Shown piece after piece: positions 1 through 15,789 of a stretch of 64,000 nt of DNA. A program made the position numbers and the translations under genes. The number at the start of each line of letters is the position of its first letter. Within the stretch, counting starts at the first letter, position 1. The stretch is from the human T2T-CHM13v2.0 reference genome, Homo sapiens, in the NCBI RefSeq assembly GCF_009914755.1, contig NC_060925.1; one strand, 5' to 3'. The notes beneath the pieces are model-generated. The model worked only from the letters and a program-made list of their open reading frames with translations, was not told where the DNA came from and ran no database searches.

Positions 1-4056
<4,056 letters not shown>

Positions 4057-4597
4057 TCTTTTAATCATCTGAATGTGTCAAAGTATTGAGAAAATATCAG
4101 ATATATAGAAAGGGAACTTTGTTCCAGAAGGAGAGGTAGCAAAAAAGAGTGGACAAATGTGGGCCTGGGATCATACGGGCCCACCAAATCTTGCTCTGTG
4201 TGGCCTGTGTGAACTTCGCAAGTCACCGTCTCCCTGAACCTTAGTTTCCTCATCTGTAAAATGGGGGAGATAACAATTTTTACTTTTCAAGGTTGTTGTG
4301 AGGCTTACAGGTAATGTATCAACATATGAAGCTTCTCATATATCAGTAGTTAATACTGTTGCATGGCAAATTTCCTTCAAGTTTAATCCCGCGTAGTCAG
4401 GCCTGTGATTCTAAGAGTCTGTTGATTGGATGACTCTGAAGCAGCTTTGTTAACAGTGCAGACAATTTGCATGAAGCTTTTTATCATATAATGATCTATG
4501 TTAATTTACTTTGGACTTATTTCTCGTTTCACTTGAAAAGCTTTATTTTATATTTGGTGATATAAAATAATGTTTTAATGAAAAAAAAAAGAAAATT

Positions 4598-5000
4598 TCC
4601 TACAAGATATACAAAATTACCTCAAAAGACCCAATCTAAGAATTATTGGTGTTCAAGAGGGAGTCGAGCATGAGCATGGGGTAGAATCTCATTCAAAGAA
4701 ATAATAACAGAAAACTTTCCGAAACTTGAGAACGATATAAACACCTATGTACAGTAAGGTCTGACAACATTAAATAGATATGACTCAAATAAGACTACCC
4801 CAAGGAATAAACTCTCAAAGGTCAAGGAGAAAGAGACGATCCTAAAAGCGGCAAGAGAAAAGAAGCAAATAACATATAAGGATCCCCAATTCATCCAGCA
4901 ACAGATTCCTCAATGGAAACTATACAGGCTAGGAGTAAGTGTAATGACATTTTCAAAGTGCTGAAAGAAAAAAACTGCCAGCTAAGAATACCATATCCAG
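4598..5000 (+). mobile_element. Old L1 (L1M/L1PB-type) ORF1 fragment
   Basis: aatctaagaattattggtgttcaagaggg...atcctaaaagcggcaagagaaaagaagcaaataacatataag is similar to the ORF1 region of the L1 at 37200-37470. Confidence 0.75.
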
Positions 5001-7489
5001 GTGGCCATGTCTAAGTTCTGTACATGAGTGGAAATGATGTGTCCAACTTTCAGGCCTTGCCTTCCTGGTCCCTTTCTCTTTCCACAAACTGAGACCTAGC
5101 AAGAGCATCAGCCTTGGAGCCAAAAGTGGAACCCCTTGTTGAGATATCCCTTGTTGAGATAAATTCTTAGTGTGAGAAGGCCAGCTAGGGGTTTGTGCCC
5201 AGGAGACCTGTGGGATGAACTTCCTACAGCTTTGCACTGCTGAACAGCCACTCTGATTTGGCATCTCCTTTAGCTGAGTTACAGAGTTTTCAGGGCTGGT
5301 TAGGTAATCCTGCCTCCTCCCTTTGCCTCTGCCTGTTTTCAGGTATATTTCTCCCCCCAGGCACTGTGATGCTTCCTGTGGGTTAAGGCAGGGGCAGATC
5401 TTCTGCAAGGAAACCCAAGATAGTGGGAAAACTGGTTGTCCATCTCAGTATCACTTTTTCCAATGTAGAAACTGAACTGGAGGAAAATTTTCCACATGCT
5501 TGTTCTGGGCAGAATGGCAGGAGGGGTGCCACAGATGTGGAAGTCCAATTCTCTTACCGTCTGCTTGGAATTTTTTCACTTCTCGTGGCCCTGGCAACTG
5601 TTTTCATATTTGAATTCTGGGATATTGTTGGTGATAATCCCAGTGCTGTATATCTGGTTTTGGTTTTCTAGAGAAGGCAAAGGGTGAAGCCAGTTTGCTT
5701 CTATGCTGCTATTTTGGAACTGGAAGTCCATTCATTCACTTTTTTCAGCTTTTCTAATCTGCTGTTAAACCCATACATTGAATTATTATTTTCAGCAACA
5801 ATACTTTTTACTTCTACAATTTTATTTGATTCATTTACTGTTTCTAAATTCATCTTGTCATTTAATTTCTTAAATATGGTAATCAGCTTTTCCTCTGTGT
5901 TGAATTGATTATTATTTAATTCAATAATTTTAAAATGAGACAAATCTATTTAAAACATTATACAAAAAATTGAATCTACTTATCCTCATTAAATTAGACC
6001 ATTGCAACAGAGCAAGTAATTCCCTGGAATAATAATAATTCTTATATGTCCTCAGAGACAGTCAAGTGAGAAAAGCCATTAACTGTCTCATAAAGCTATA
6101 ACAGTCTCCATAAACATCTGGCATCCTCTTGATACTATAAAATGTGCATGATGGAAACTACTGAATTCTTAAGGTCTTCATCAAAACTGGCTACACTATA
6201 AAACTTTGTCTAAGTACTCCCTGGTACTAGCAGACACCTGCATGAGTTCCTTTGTGCATGGTCATCATTCAAAAACTGGCCTTTTGGCAATTCTTAGAGC
6301 TACCTGAAATTCTGCATTAGCCTATTATCATTACACAGATGGTTATACAGGAGATACACATGACATATAGACAGTCTGTCTTTGACTATACGATGTTCGG
6401 TCTGGCTTTACTGAAAAGTTGATAAATTTTGCATCACTCAGGATGTAGATGGGCCCAGTTAAGTTATGTTGATCACATTGGCAATATGAACAGAGATTGA
6501 TGGGAAATTTCTCTTTCCTTGAGTATACTGGGATCTTTATTGACTTTGTTTTTAGAGTCTGATCTTTTTCTTTTAGGCTCTTACCTAAGAAGTCAAGCAT
6601 TTGCTTTATGTTATTTCCTTGCTTTCTTTCGCTTCCCTATGTTCACCTTGCAGTCCTGTTGCTTTCTCCAAAATCTCAAACCAAGTATGGTTATTTTAAA
6701 GTCCATGTTTAATGACTCCGATATCTGGATTTTTCTGTGGGTCTGTTTCTACTCTTTTATTATAAGCTCTTGTTTTATATCAAATGCCAAACATTTTGCA
6801 TGAAAAAAATGTAAAAATTAGTTGAGTCTCTGGATGATATCTTCAGAAAATACTTACTTTTGTTTATTACATGCAATAAGGATAGAAGTGGATCACTTTA
6901 ATGCAATTGGGAACTGAATTGGTGTAAAGCTGAACTTCAGGGTTTTTTGACAGCTGGTCTATTTCTTGTTTACCCTTATTCCTAGGGTTTATCTCTTTGA
7001 AGTTCTGACTTAAACTTCAAACTGTGTTTTCCAGTTTCCCCTTCTCCATGGCCAACCTAAATCTTGTTTCCCAGTTCTCAGAGGCTGTCTAACCAAAGTT
7101 CTGCTCAAATCTTCTGCTTCTTAGCCAGCTTTTTATTTAGCAAGCGTTCCAATGGAACAGCAGCACCAAGGTTGAACTCACCACTTTGGGCTTCTCTTCT
7201 CTCTGAGATTTTGGTTCTGAATGTTCTTTCTTTCTGGGTATATCTTTGATATCTTCAAACATATATATTTTACTTATTCAATTCACCTGTTCTCAGCTGG
7301 AGAATTAGTCTGAAGCAAACCAGTCTACCAAAGTAAGAATGGATTACCACATTTTCAAGAAACTTTGCGAAATACGTTTCATGTCACAAATAATGTAAAC
7401 ATTATTTTCAAAAAGCACATTAATACCTACAAATGTTAATATTACCTAAATTATTAATGGAAGTAAAAATCATCAAATCCATACCAATA

Positions 7490-7872
7490 CAGTCATACAC
7501 CACATGAAGACATTTTGATCAATGATGAACTGTATATACAATGGTGGCTCCCTAAAATTACAATGGAGCAGCCCTATACAGGTGTACCATTTTTAATTTT
7601 AAACCATAGTTTTACTGTTCCTTTTCTATGTTTAGGTAAGTTTAGATACATAAATACTTAATATCATGTTACAATTGTCTACAGTATTCAATATGGTAAT
7701 GTGCTGTACAGGTTTGTAGCCTAGGAGTAAGAGGCCATACTATAAGCCTAGGTGTGTAGTAGGCTATACCATCTAGGTTTGTGTTAAATATAGTCTATGA
7801 CGTTCGCAAAACAAAGTTGCCTAATGACACATTTCTTAGAAAACATCCTCATCACTAAGTAATGGGTGATTG
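7490..7872. mobile_element. Tigger3/MER7-type non-autonomous TcMar DNA transposon
   Basis: TA|CAGTCAT start; internal tgctgtacaggtttgtagcctaggag...ggctataccatctaggtttgtgt; degenerate terminal ...gtgattg. Confidence 0.8.
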
Positions 7873-8094
7873 CATTTCTTTACATTTTATTTACTATCAG
7901 TATTATTGCAATTGTATTTTAAGTAGACAAAATGCTTGGAGTAAATTATACAATAATTTTCAGACCCTATCTTTATTCCATTTAAGCTTGGCTCCTCATA
8001 ACAACCTTTTATATTACTGGGCTTTCTGCATTATTTCCTATAAATTTCTTCACAATGTTAATGTATATAACTACTACTAATTATTTTTGTAGAG

Positions 8095-8290
8095 TCCAAC
8101 AGGACATATTTGAATGTCATGTGGGACATGGGACAACTCACTGTATGCCTGGGCAATGCAGTGTAGGATGTCTAGCCTCCCTAGCCTGTTGACCAGGAAC
8201 AACACCCCAACAATTTTTAACAAGCAAAAATTCTTCCACAAATTTCCAAAACACCCTCTGGGAGTCACTGTCACCTTTTTTGGAAAGTCT
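8095..8290. mobile_element. MER20-like hAT-Charlie fragment
   Basis: gcagtgtaggatgtctagcctccct...aaaaattcttccacaaatttccaaaacaccctctggg resembles the MER20 consensus as I recall it. Confidence 0.5.
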
Positions 8291-9291
8291 ACCTTAGATC
8301 TATAAAAATCATCCCTGAAGGCTGTCCTAACGCGGAGTATGTGTGGATTCCAGGGTCATCACCTGTAAAGGGTCAAAGTATGGACCAGTCACACTGGGTG
8401 TTCTGTTAACCTCTAACACCTGGACAACTCCTAAAGCCATCCTAAAAATCGAGTGAAAACAAGCTAGTGTTAATATCCATGACAAAGGCAAAAAAGACAA
8501 AACACACTCTGATCTTTTTTTCTTCGGTTATTATTATCTTCAGTGATAATAACCTGTCGTATGTCACCCACCAAGTACCACGTTCTGAACTGTTTTAATC
8601 CCGTCATCTTGATCCTCTCAACAATCCTATATAGAGGAATTTTTATTCCCAATTTAGAGATGAGAAAACTGGGGCTTAGAAATTTGACTGCCCCAACTTC
8701 TAAAAAAAAAACTATTAGAGTCTTCTCTGATTCCGTGGCATTCTACCCGGTCCACGCAAGGCCTCCAGTTCTTTTAAAACCTCGCGCCCCCTCCCCACGG
8801 CCCCCCGGGATAGAATGGGCAACCTGATTGGAGGGGCTTGAGGAAAAGGAAAAATGGTCTAAGGGCCTAATATGGAACTAGCTGTCAGCTCAACTCCGCC
8901 CCCTACTCCTCTGCTGGGGCGTTGCCCAGGGAGTCCACCCCGGTACGCTGCAGCGGCTGTCTTTCTACTTTCACCTTACTTGCTGGTGGCCCAGACTTCG
9001 GGACATTCTGAACCTCACTGTCCTTCCCTCTACAACAGCGCATTCCTCTTGGCCCAGCTTCCAAAGCTATTTGCCGCCCCGTCAACCCTGCAGCCCCTAC
9101 AGCCGCGAATCCAGGAAACCCTCTACCCGCAGCCCAGCTACTGAGTTTACAATCCCCTGGGCTTTGGGCTCCAAGGTGCGGGTTCCTGCCCCAGTAGTGG
9201 CTCGGTGGACGCCCCAACTTGCCGCGCAGGCGCGCTCGGGCCCTCTCCCCCTCCCCGCGCTCCGCAGCTGGGAATCACGGGACTAGCCTTC

Positions 9292-9305
9292 GTTTCCTTG
9301 GCAAC
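9292..9305. promoter_or_regulatory. RFX X-box (ciliary gene promoter element)
   Basis: GTTTCC-TT-GGCAAC fits the 14-bp X-box consensus GTNNCC-NN-RGYAAC; it ends 33 bp upstream of the PIFO ATG. Confidence 0.8.
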
Positions 9306-9338
9306 GCAGTACACAAGTGCTAGCCCTAGCAGCTCGCG

Positions 9339-9357
9339 ATGTGCTTCAGCAGAGCAG
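9339..9357 (+). CDS. PIFO: PIFO coding exon 1 (MCFSRA)
   Basis: ATG at 9339; donor G|gtgagg; phase 1. Confidence 0.9.
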
Positions 9358-12300
9358 GTGAGGAGGGCTGCCGAGAAGCCTAGAGTAGAGGGCAGGTAGG
9401 GGGAAGGGTGGGGAAGCTGGGAAAGACGAAGTGGGAGGAAGTGCAGTTCGCCCCCCTCCAGGAGTTTGGCGTGGTTTTGTAAGCGCACGGTTGGGCCCTG
9501 TCCTCTGCTCAGTCTCCCCGTCCTTCCCCTCCCGGAACGCGCTCACGTAGACCCAGGTGCCGTCCCTCACGTGGAGCCTCTCCTCTTTATTTTAGACGCT
9601 GCGGATAACTACCCTTTTGGAACATGTCAACAGAGGAAACTTTTTCCTCACTTCCATCCCCCGAATTTGATTGGGAACAAGTTTGTCCCTCTTAGGGGAT
9701 CACCCCACAGAGGGCCTGGGTGTTATTTTTCAGATGTGAGTATTCACCTCCCCTTAGATGCTCCTCAGTTCCCCGGCTATTGAGGGATAGCCAAGTTTCC
9801 AAGTTTCGTAAAAGAAAAAATTCTGTGGGACTTGAGATCTCCAGAGTCCCAGCATAAGAAAGCGCTCTGTTCTTCTGCAAGCAGCTGTTTCAGCCAATGC
9901 CAGAGATTAAAGGATTATTGCTCCCCGCCTTGCACCTCCATTAAACGCAAGCCCTAGCTTCATAAAATCCCTACTCCTTCCTCACTTCCAAAGGCCTCTG
10001 AGCCAGTGCCAGTTACCCTCCCATTCCTCCAAACCTCAGGCTGACAGTTGCATTAGAGTAAGTTCAGCTCTGTGGGGCTCCGAAGACTGATGCATTTGAA
10101 TATATGGCAATGTCCTATAGTCCACGTATCCAGCCACACCCCTCTACAAAGTTACCTGTATTACTTGTGTAATTCTATGGTCTTGACCTCAAAGGAGTCA
10201 AGACAATAAAGAATAATCCCTTGCAGAGAAGGTTCAGATGGGAACACACTAAGCTCACTCCATTTCGATGGCCCTGATGTTCTCTGACTATGCGTTGTTT
10301 TTTCTTTTTTTTTTTTTTTTTTTGGTGTTTTTGTTTGTTTTTTAATATACCACCCAAAGGGATATGGCTTGGCATACGACTTATCTAAGATCCCAACCAG
10401 TATAAAAGGATATACTTTGGGAGCCAGAACAGCTGTGAGGTTTAAGCCAATACAGAAGGTAATGTGCTGGGATTTTAGTGTTATCCACGTTGTTGCATGC
10501 ATTTGCACAGGAGTGCAAAGGGCAGAGAGCAAGAGGGGGGTGATCTAAAAGAATATGCCCTGAAATTAAAGAAAAGTAGGCATTTAAGCAAAAGCTATTA
10601 AGAAGCCTATCTGAAAAGCTTGGGCATTAACATTGCAAATATGCGTGTGAGTGTATTGGGGAGAGTGGAAAACAATTTACTGAAGAAATGGTCCCAACAC
10701 AGGGCTTTAGTGTTGAGATGCCTGAGGTTAAACATTCGAAGCTTGTGTTTATATACATTATATTGTCTTGTCAGTTAAATAACAAATTCCAACTTTTCCA
10801 CCCTTTTGTGTGATTGGGTTGCAAGTCTAAAGTTCAGTAGGGGATCCTAATCTCTTATTGGACGACATTTTCCTGACACTTGAGCTTAGGGAGCAGAGAT
10901 ACTATCTCTAAAAATCTCTCAGTGAGGTGTTAAGCATAGTGGCCGTGATAAGTTGCCTTGGTTCTCTACCCATCCTAGATTTATTTCTACAACCTATATA
11001 TTACGTATCACTAGGTAGCTGAACCACACCCGTATCTCGGTTTTCTACCTACCGAAGACTTATTTCTGTAGCTTGAGGTGGCTGAACCATAGCTGATTTA
11101 TGAACAGAAAGAGGATGATTCTGTTTTTTCTACCTGGAAGGCTTTATGTGTATATATATACATATCACTCTGTAACATAATGATCTTTTTCTTGGAAACA
11201 GGAAATGACACCTCATGCAGGCAGGTACCAGAAAGTAAGTCCTCAGCAGGAAAAAAACAAACAAAATTTTGCTCCATTTAATGTCTTGGTGCCTCGATTT
11301 AAGAACTACCCAAAGGACACTTACTATCCCAGGTATGTCTCCTCCCTTTTGGTGCACTTCAACAAAAAAAGCAATAGGAGGAAAAGAAGTACGTAATAAA
11401 AGAAGCACATAAAGAAGGGATGACATCCAAACCATCGCAGTTAAATAAGGAACCATTCAGAGATTTAATCAATTGTCTCACAGATTTCTGGCATTGTAGA
11501 ATGTAGAATCATAGTTACTCATTCAATGAATTTTTATTAACATGCCAGGTAGTTTTGTAGGTTCGATAGATTTTTGCACTAAATCCATCACACAAGGCTC
11601 CTGATTTCTTGGGGCTTACATTCTAGAGTCCAGACAGAGCACAGGCAAATACACAAGAAAATATCAATAGTGATAGAGTGACCATATAATTTGTTAGTCA
11701 AACGATGACACTTCTGAGAGTAAAAGGGGGCCTATTAATAATTCTACCAAGACAGTACCCATAAGGTAGGGACTGTCATGGACAAACCAGGAAGTAGGTT
11801 GTCCAGGCTACAAAGAAGGTAAAACAGGATGACAATGTGATAGGGAGTGATGGCCTGGAGTCTACTTTAGAAAGGGTTGAAGAAATGACAGTTAACCTGA
11901 GATCTAAATGACAAGACTGAGCCAGCCCTGTGAAGATCTGGGGACCGAGCATTCCCAGCAGAAGGAACAGCAAGTGCAAAGGCTATAAATTGGGAAGGAA
12001 TTTGACGTGAACAAAAAGGCATGCTGCCATGGCTAGAGTGTAGTGAGCAAGTAGGAAATGAGACAGAAATGGAGGGCATGCTGGAGCACATAGGCCTTGC
12101 AGGCCAACAGGCTTATTCTCAATGCTTTAGGAAGCTATTCAGAATGTATAGACTTGTAGGGCAAAAGATCAAGGACTTTCTTTTATTGATGAGAAATCCA
12201 AGGATCACAGAGTGATGTAACTTTCTCAAGTTGCATTAAGGAAGTAGAAGCATTGAGTCTTGACCCCCAAGTCCAGTCCATTATTTCCTGACAGTAAAGA

Positions 12301-14010
12301 GTCCACACCAAAAGACAAAGTGTATATGAACAAAGACAATTTTTAAATGACCCCATTGTCAAGAAAATTTAACTGGCTTTGCTTTGCTTTGCTTTGCCTA
12401 CATTGCAGATAGATTATCACTGCACTTTTATCACCAACTTTAAATTGTGGGCAGTACTAATTCATCACTGCTTTAGATCTCTTTCATCACCCACCGCTTC
12501 TAGGACCTTCTCATCTCTCAGCTATAGATACTGAGGTACAGAAATATCTTTTAATCTGGAGTCGATCTGTGCTCTAACTGGATGTCAAGATTGTCAAGTT
12601 AGATGTTTAACGCTAACATCTAACTCGAAATACATTAACAGGTAAAGGAATCCCATGCTTAATTAAAAAGCTAATCAATCTGTTGCCTTTTTCCAAGAGG
12701 TTAGGCCTAGTCCAGGGACGGCTCTGGTACTGATGGAGTTTGTGTATGATCACTAACTCATTAGACATGATGCTTGTATTTTTATTTCTAGCCCTGGTGC
12801 ATACAACCCAGAGAAGAAGCCACCGCCAAAAATTGCCTGGCCAATGAAATTTGGATCTCCAGACTGGGCTCAGGTTCCATGTCTACAGAAAAGAACCCTA
12901 AAAGCTGAGGTAATAAGATTGGAACTTCTGTAGAAGACTCTTATTCGATCTAGTACTTTCATAGGTATCAGGAACTCTTAATTAGGGGTCTGTGAATGAA
13001 CTTCAGGAAGTCCTTGGTCCCAAAAAATTATATGCACAATTTTGTGTGTATATGAATGTGAGGAACTTTTTGGAGAATTACACTATTTCATTAGATTCTT
13101 AAAGGTATATATGACTAAACAAAAGTGACATTTTCTTATTTGATCCTTAAATAACTTTTGTGGTAGGTACAGAGGAAATATCCCTACACAATAGAGGCCC
13201 AGATGGATTAAGTGATTTGTGCAGGTTTCACTACTGGAATCTGGATCTTGTGACTCCTAATACATTGCTCTTTCCGACATACCCCTTGAGTACTAGATCA
13301 CTGAGGAGCCATAGAGAATTCAGCTAAGAGCATGGATTATGGGGTCAAAACTGCCTGGATTCAAATACTAGCTGCAGTATTTACTTGTGTAATCTTGAGC
13401 AAATCTTTTGACTTTTCTAAGCCTCAGTTTTTTAATCTGTAAAATGGGTATTACAATAGAATCAATCCGATAAGGTTATACAGAAAATGTGGAAAATCAT
13501 TTAACACAGTACTTGATAACATAGTAATTGTTCAATCTGTTAGCTATCATAATTCCAGAGGTGCTTTTTTCTTTCCTAGTGGAACTTTTCATTAATTCTA
13601 CAATTATTTATTAAATGCCAAATGTATTAACATTATTGCATTAGGGCCTATGGGCAACAACTCAAGAATTAAACATATAGTCCTTGACTTCAAGAAGCCC
13701 ACCAACTGCTTGGGGATTTACTAAGTAGTAAATAATTCCTAGCATGGTATACACTATAGTAAGATGATAAAAGGTAGATGTACATACAAATTTTGGGAGA
13801 ATCACTAAGGCTAGATTACTATGGAGTTGGGATTCACCTCTATAATGTACAGTTTTTTTTTTTTTTTTTGCATAACTGGGAAGACCAGAGGCAGAGGGTT
13901 CTCATTAGAATATTGATCTAGAAAACGTTCTTTCATTGCAGCTGTCCACAGACAAAGACTTTAGAAAGCATCGGAACCGTGTGGCCTACCTAAGCCTGTA
14001 TTATAATTGA
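9339..14010 (+). CDS. PIFO: Protein pitchfork / ciliary microtubule associated protein 3 (CIMAP3, C1orf88), spliced CDS of 191 aa
   Basis: join(9339..9357,9596..9735,10360..10458,11202..11332,12792..12909,13942..14010) = 576 nt. All introns are GT-AG with compatible phases. Protein MCFSRADAADNYPFGTCQQRKLFPHFHPPNLIGNKFVPLRGSPHRGPGCYFSD...HRNRVAYLSLYYN* with PG-rich motifs (GPGCY, PSPGAYN). Confidence 0.96.
9596..9735 (+). CDS. PIFO: PIFO coding exon 2
   Basis: ttttag|ACGCT...TCAGAT|gtgagt; encodes AADNYPFGTCQQRKLFPHF...GPGCYFSD. Confidence 0.95.
10360..10458 (+). CDS. PIFO: PIFO coding exon 3
   Basis: Long poly-T tract then aag|GGATAT...CAGAAG|gtaatg; GYGLAYDLSKIPTSIKGYTLGARTAVRFKPIQK. Confidence 0.95.
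11202..11332 (+). CDS. PIFO: PIFO coding exon 4
   Basis: cag|GAAATG...CCCAG|gtatgt; EMTPHAGRYQKVSPQQEKNKQNFAPFNVLVPRFKNYPKDTYYP. Confidence 0.95.
11515..12130. mobile_element. L2 fragment in PIFO intron 4 (other L2 pieces near 26650-26995 and 55020-55350)
   Basis: ttactcattcaatgaattttt... and gagcattcccagcagaaggaacagcaagtgcaaaggc are typical L2 3' motifs. Confidence 0.7.
12792..12909 (+). CDS. PIFO: PIFO coding exon 5
   Basis: tttctag|CCCTGGT...GCTGAG|gtaata; PGAYNPEKKPPPKIAWPMKFGSPDWAQVPCLQKRTLKAE. Confidence 0.95.
13325..13550. mobile_element. MIR in PIFO intron 5 (other MIR cores near 4200, 8600, 20800, 30850, 50100, 53150)
   Basis: MIR core gcctcagttttttaatctgtaaaatgggta with flanking ctggattcaaat...gtaatcttgagcaaat. 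Confidence 0.75.
13942..14010 (+). CDS. PIFO: PIFO last coding exon
   Basis: ttgcag|CTGTCC...TATAATTGA; LSTDKDFRKHRNRVAYLSLYYN*. Confidence 0.95.
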   Translation: MSTDKDFRKHRNRVAYLSLYYN

Positions 14011-15673
14011 GCGGCTGTGACTACCTTCACGTGCTCCTCTTATACACAGACTCTCCAGGACTGAGGACAGAGCTGCTCTTCTTCTTCTACGTTACTGTGG
14101 CCCTCTTGTCTGGCAGCCTGGAGCCCAGGGAGGGACAGGGGCTTATAGCTGCTGTATGAGAACATAAAGACTAGTGCACAGTGCTATCTCCATCTACTGA
14201 CTTGTGGTGTACACGTGCATGTCTGGGTCTGTGGGTTTCTGTTGGGTGCTGAGTTGGGTGATTTCATTTTAGTGAAATATTTGTGGGCCCCTGCTCTCTA
14301 GTTCTAATTCCCAGGAGCCAATTTTATATATTCTACCACTAGCCCTGGTCATAGGAGGCTGTTAGCCTATACATGTCAAGGGTTTGGATGGGATTTGGGC
14401 TTGCTAGATACAGAAAACACTTAAGGCAGATTAAAACATGTATTGGAGCTCTCCCAATTGTGTTGCTCAGTGTGGAGTGGGAAGGTCTTGATTTGGTTGA
14501 CTTTCCCAGATTGACATAAAACTCAAAAACCAAAAAATTGCCCCTTTCCTATGACATCATCCATTTAGTCTGTGAGTCAACATATATACTGAGGTCCTAC
14601 TATGTGTTGAGCAGAGCAGTAAGCACTGGGGATATGGCAGGAATCAAAATAAACTTATCTACTAAGTCCTTGGGCCTGGCCTGAAGTCAGAGGAGGACTC
14701 CCCAGGGCAGCTAGGGGATTGGGTCTGCCCTCCAATCTGAATGACCCCCTAGAACCTTACAAGTCATTCTGGGGTTATAAAGTTCATAACATTTATAGCC
14801 CCAGACTGACTTGTAAGCAGCTGCATTTAAAGTACTTACTCAGACACTCAGGCCTGAGAGATAGACCCCTTTCTTTCCAGCACTAGCTGAAATAATCAAG
14901 TATATCGTTTGTTCAGGATTGGCACTAAATATGATTTAATCTTTTAATAAGAGGGTCCTTTTGTACCCACTTAGGCTTCTTCGTAATTACCAGAAAGGTG
15001 ATAAGCCTGCATGTGTCTGGACACCAAAGATTGAGAAGCTGCCAGTGGCTGCAAGAGAGCCTACTGTAACCCTCATGGCCACCCCCTGATGAGTGTTACC
15101 TGGGGAAAGGGCTAGCAAGAGGTGAAGCCTCCTGGTCATATGATGCTGGGGGTGCCTAATTCCTTAAAGGCCAAGGTCTTCTGAAATAATAATGGTGAAG
15201 GACAGAAAAGTCTTTATGAGAAATCACATAGGATATATTAAGATAATGATAAAGATACCTCAGCAAGAACATACCTAATATATACACTTCTTTTAATCTG
15301 ATGACTTAATGATTTCTGTTATCAAGAAGTATTTATGACTTGAGATAAGTCAGGATTAACTGTTATCACCTCTCCTGTACACCTCCCTCCTTTTTCTCCT
15401 TTGTACCCACATGTGCAGATTTTTTCAGAGGTGACAATTTAGCATTTAATGTTTTTTTTTCTGCTTCAAGTTCTTAGGTCCCTTTGGAGGATATTGATGG
15501 GGGTGGAGGTGGGGATAGAACATCTTTCACACTGTTTGGTACAGAGACGCTCAAAGCTTTTCCCAGGGAAAGGAACTCTCTAAAATAGTAATCTGATTTG
15601 ATGAAAGATAAAATTTTAATATAACTTCAGTTAACCTTCAGGATACTTTAAATGCTACATTGTATATAAAAGT

Positions 15674-15679
15674 AATAAA
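15674..15679 (+). terminator. PIFO: Probable PIFO polyadenylation signal (3'UTR ~1.7 kb)
   Basis: AATAAA followed by a T-rich downstream tract, just before the 3' end of the opposite-strand pseudogene. Confidence 0.6.
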
Positions 15680-15783
15680 GTACAAATGAACACGAAGACT
15701 AAAACATACTGTGCCATATTTATTTTACATCTAGACTTGGTTCGAGTAGTTTATAGTATTTTTAGGTCTTAATAGAGTTAAGC

Positions 15784-15789
15784 TTTATT
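15784..15789 (-). terminator. Relic poly(A) signal of the chitinase pseudogene
   Basis: AATAAA on the - strand ~135 nt after the ancestral stop at 15923. Confidence 0.55.

Larger units (their letters stand above)
8740..9610 (+). promoter_or_regulatory. PIFO: CpG-island promoter of PIFO
   Basis: Abrupt GC- and CpG-rich stretch (gccgcgcaggcgcgctcggg, ccccgcgctccgc) in otherwise CpG-depleted DNA, spanning coding exon 1. Confidence 0.85.

Noticed and set aside
9466-9783. 105-aa single-exon ORF, and other CpG-island ORFs at 8872-9570
   Set aside because: Only 9596-9735 is a real PIFO exon; the rest is intron or GC-rich stop-poor sequence with non-ATG or unsupported starts.
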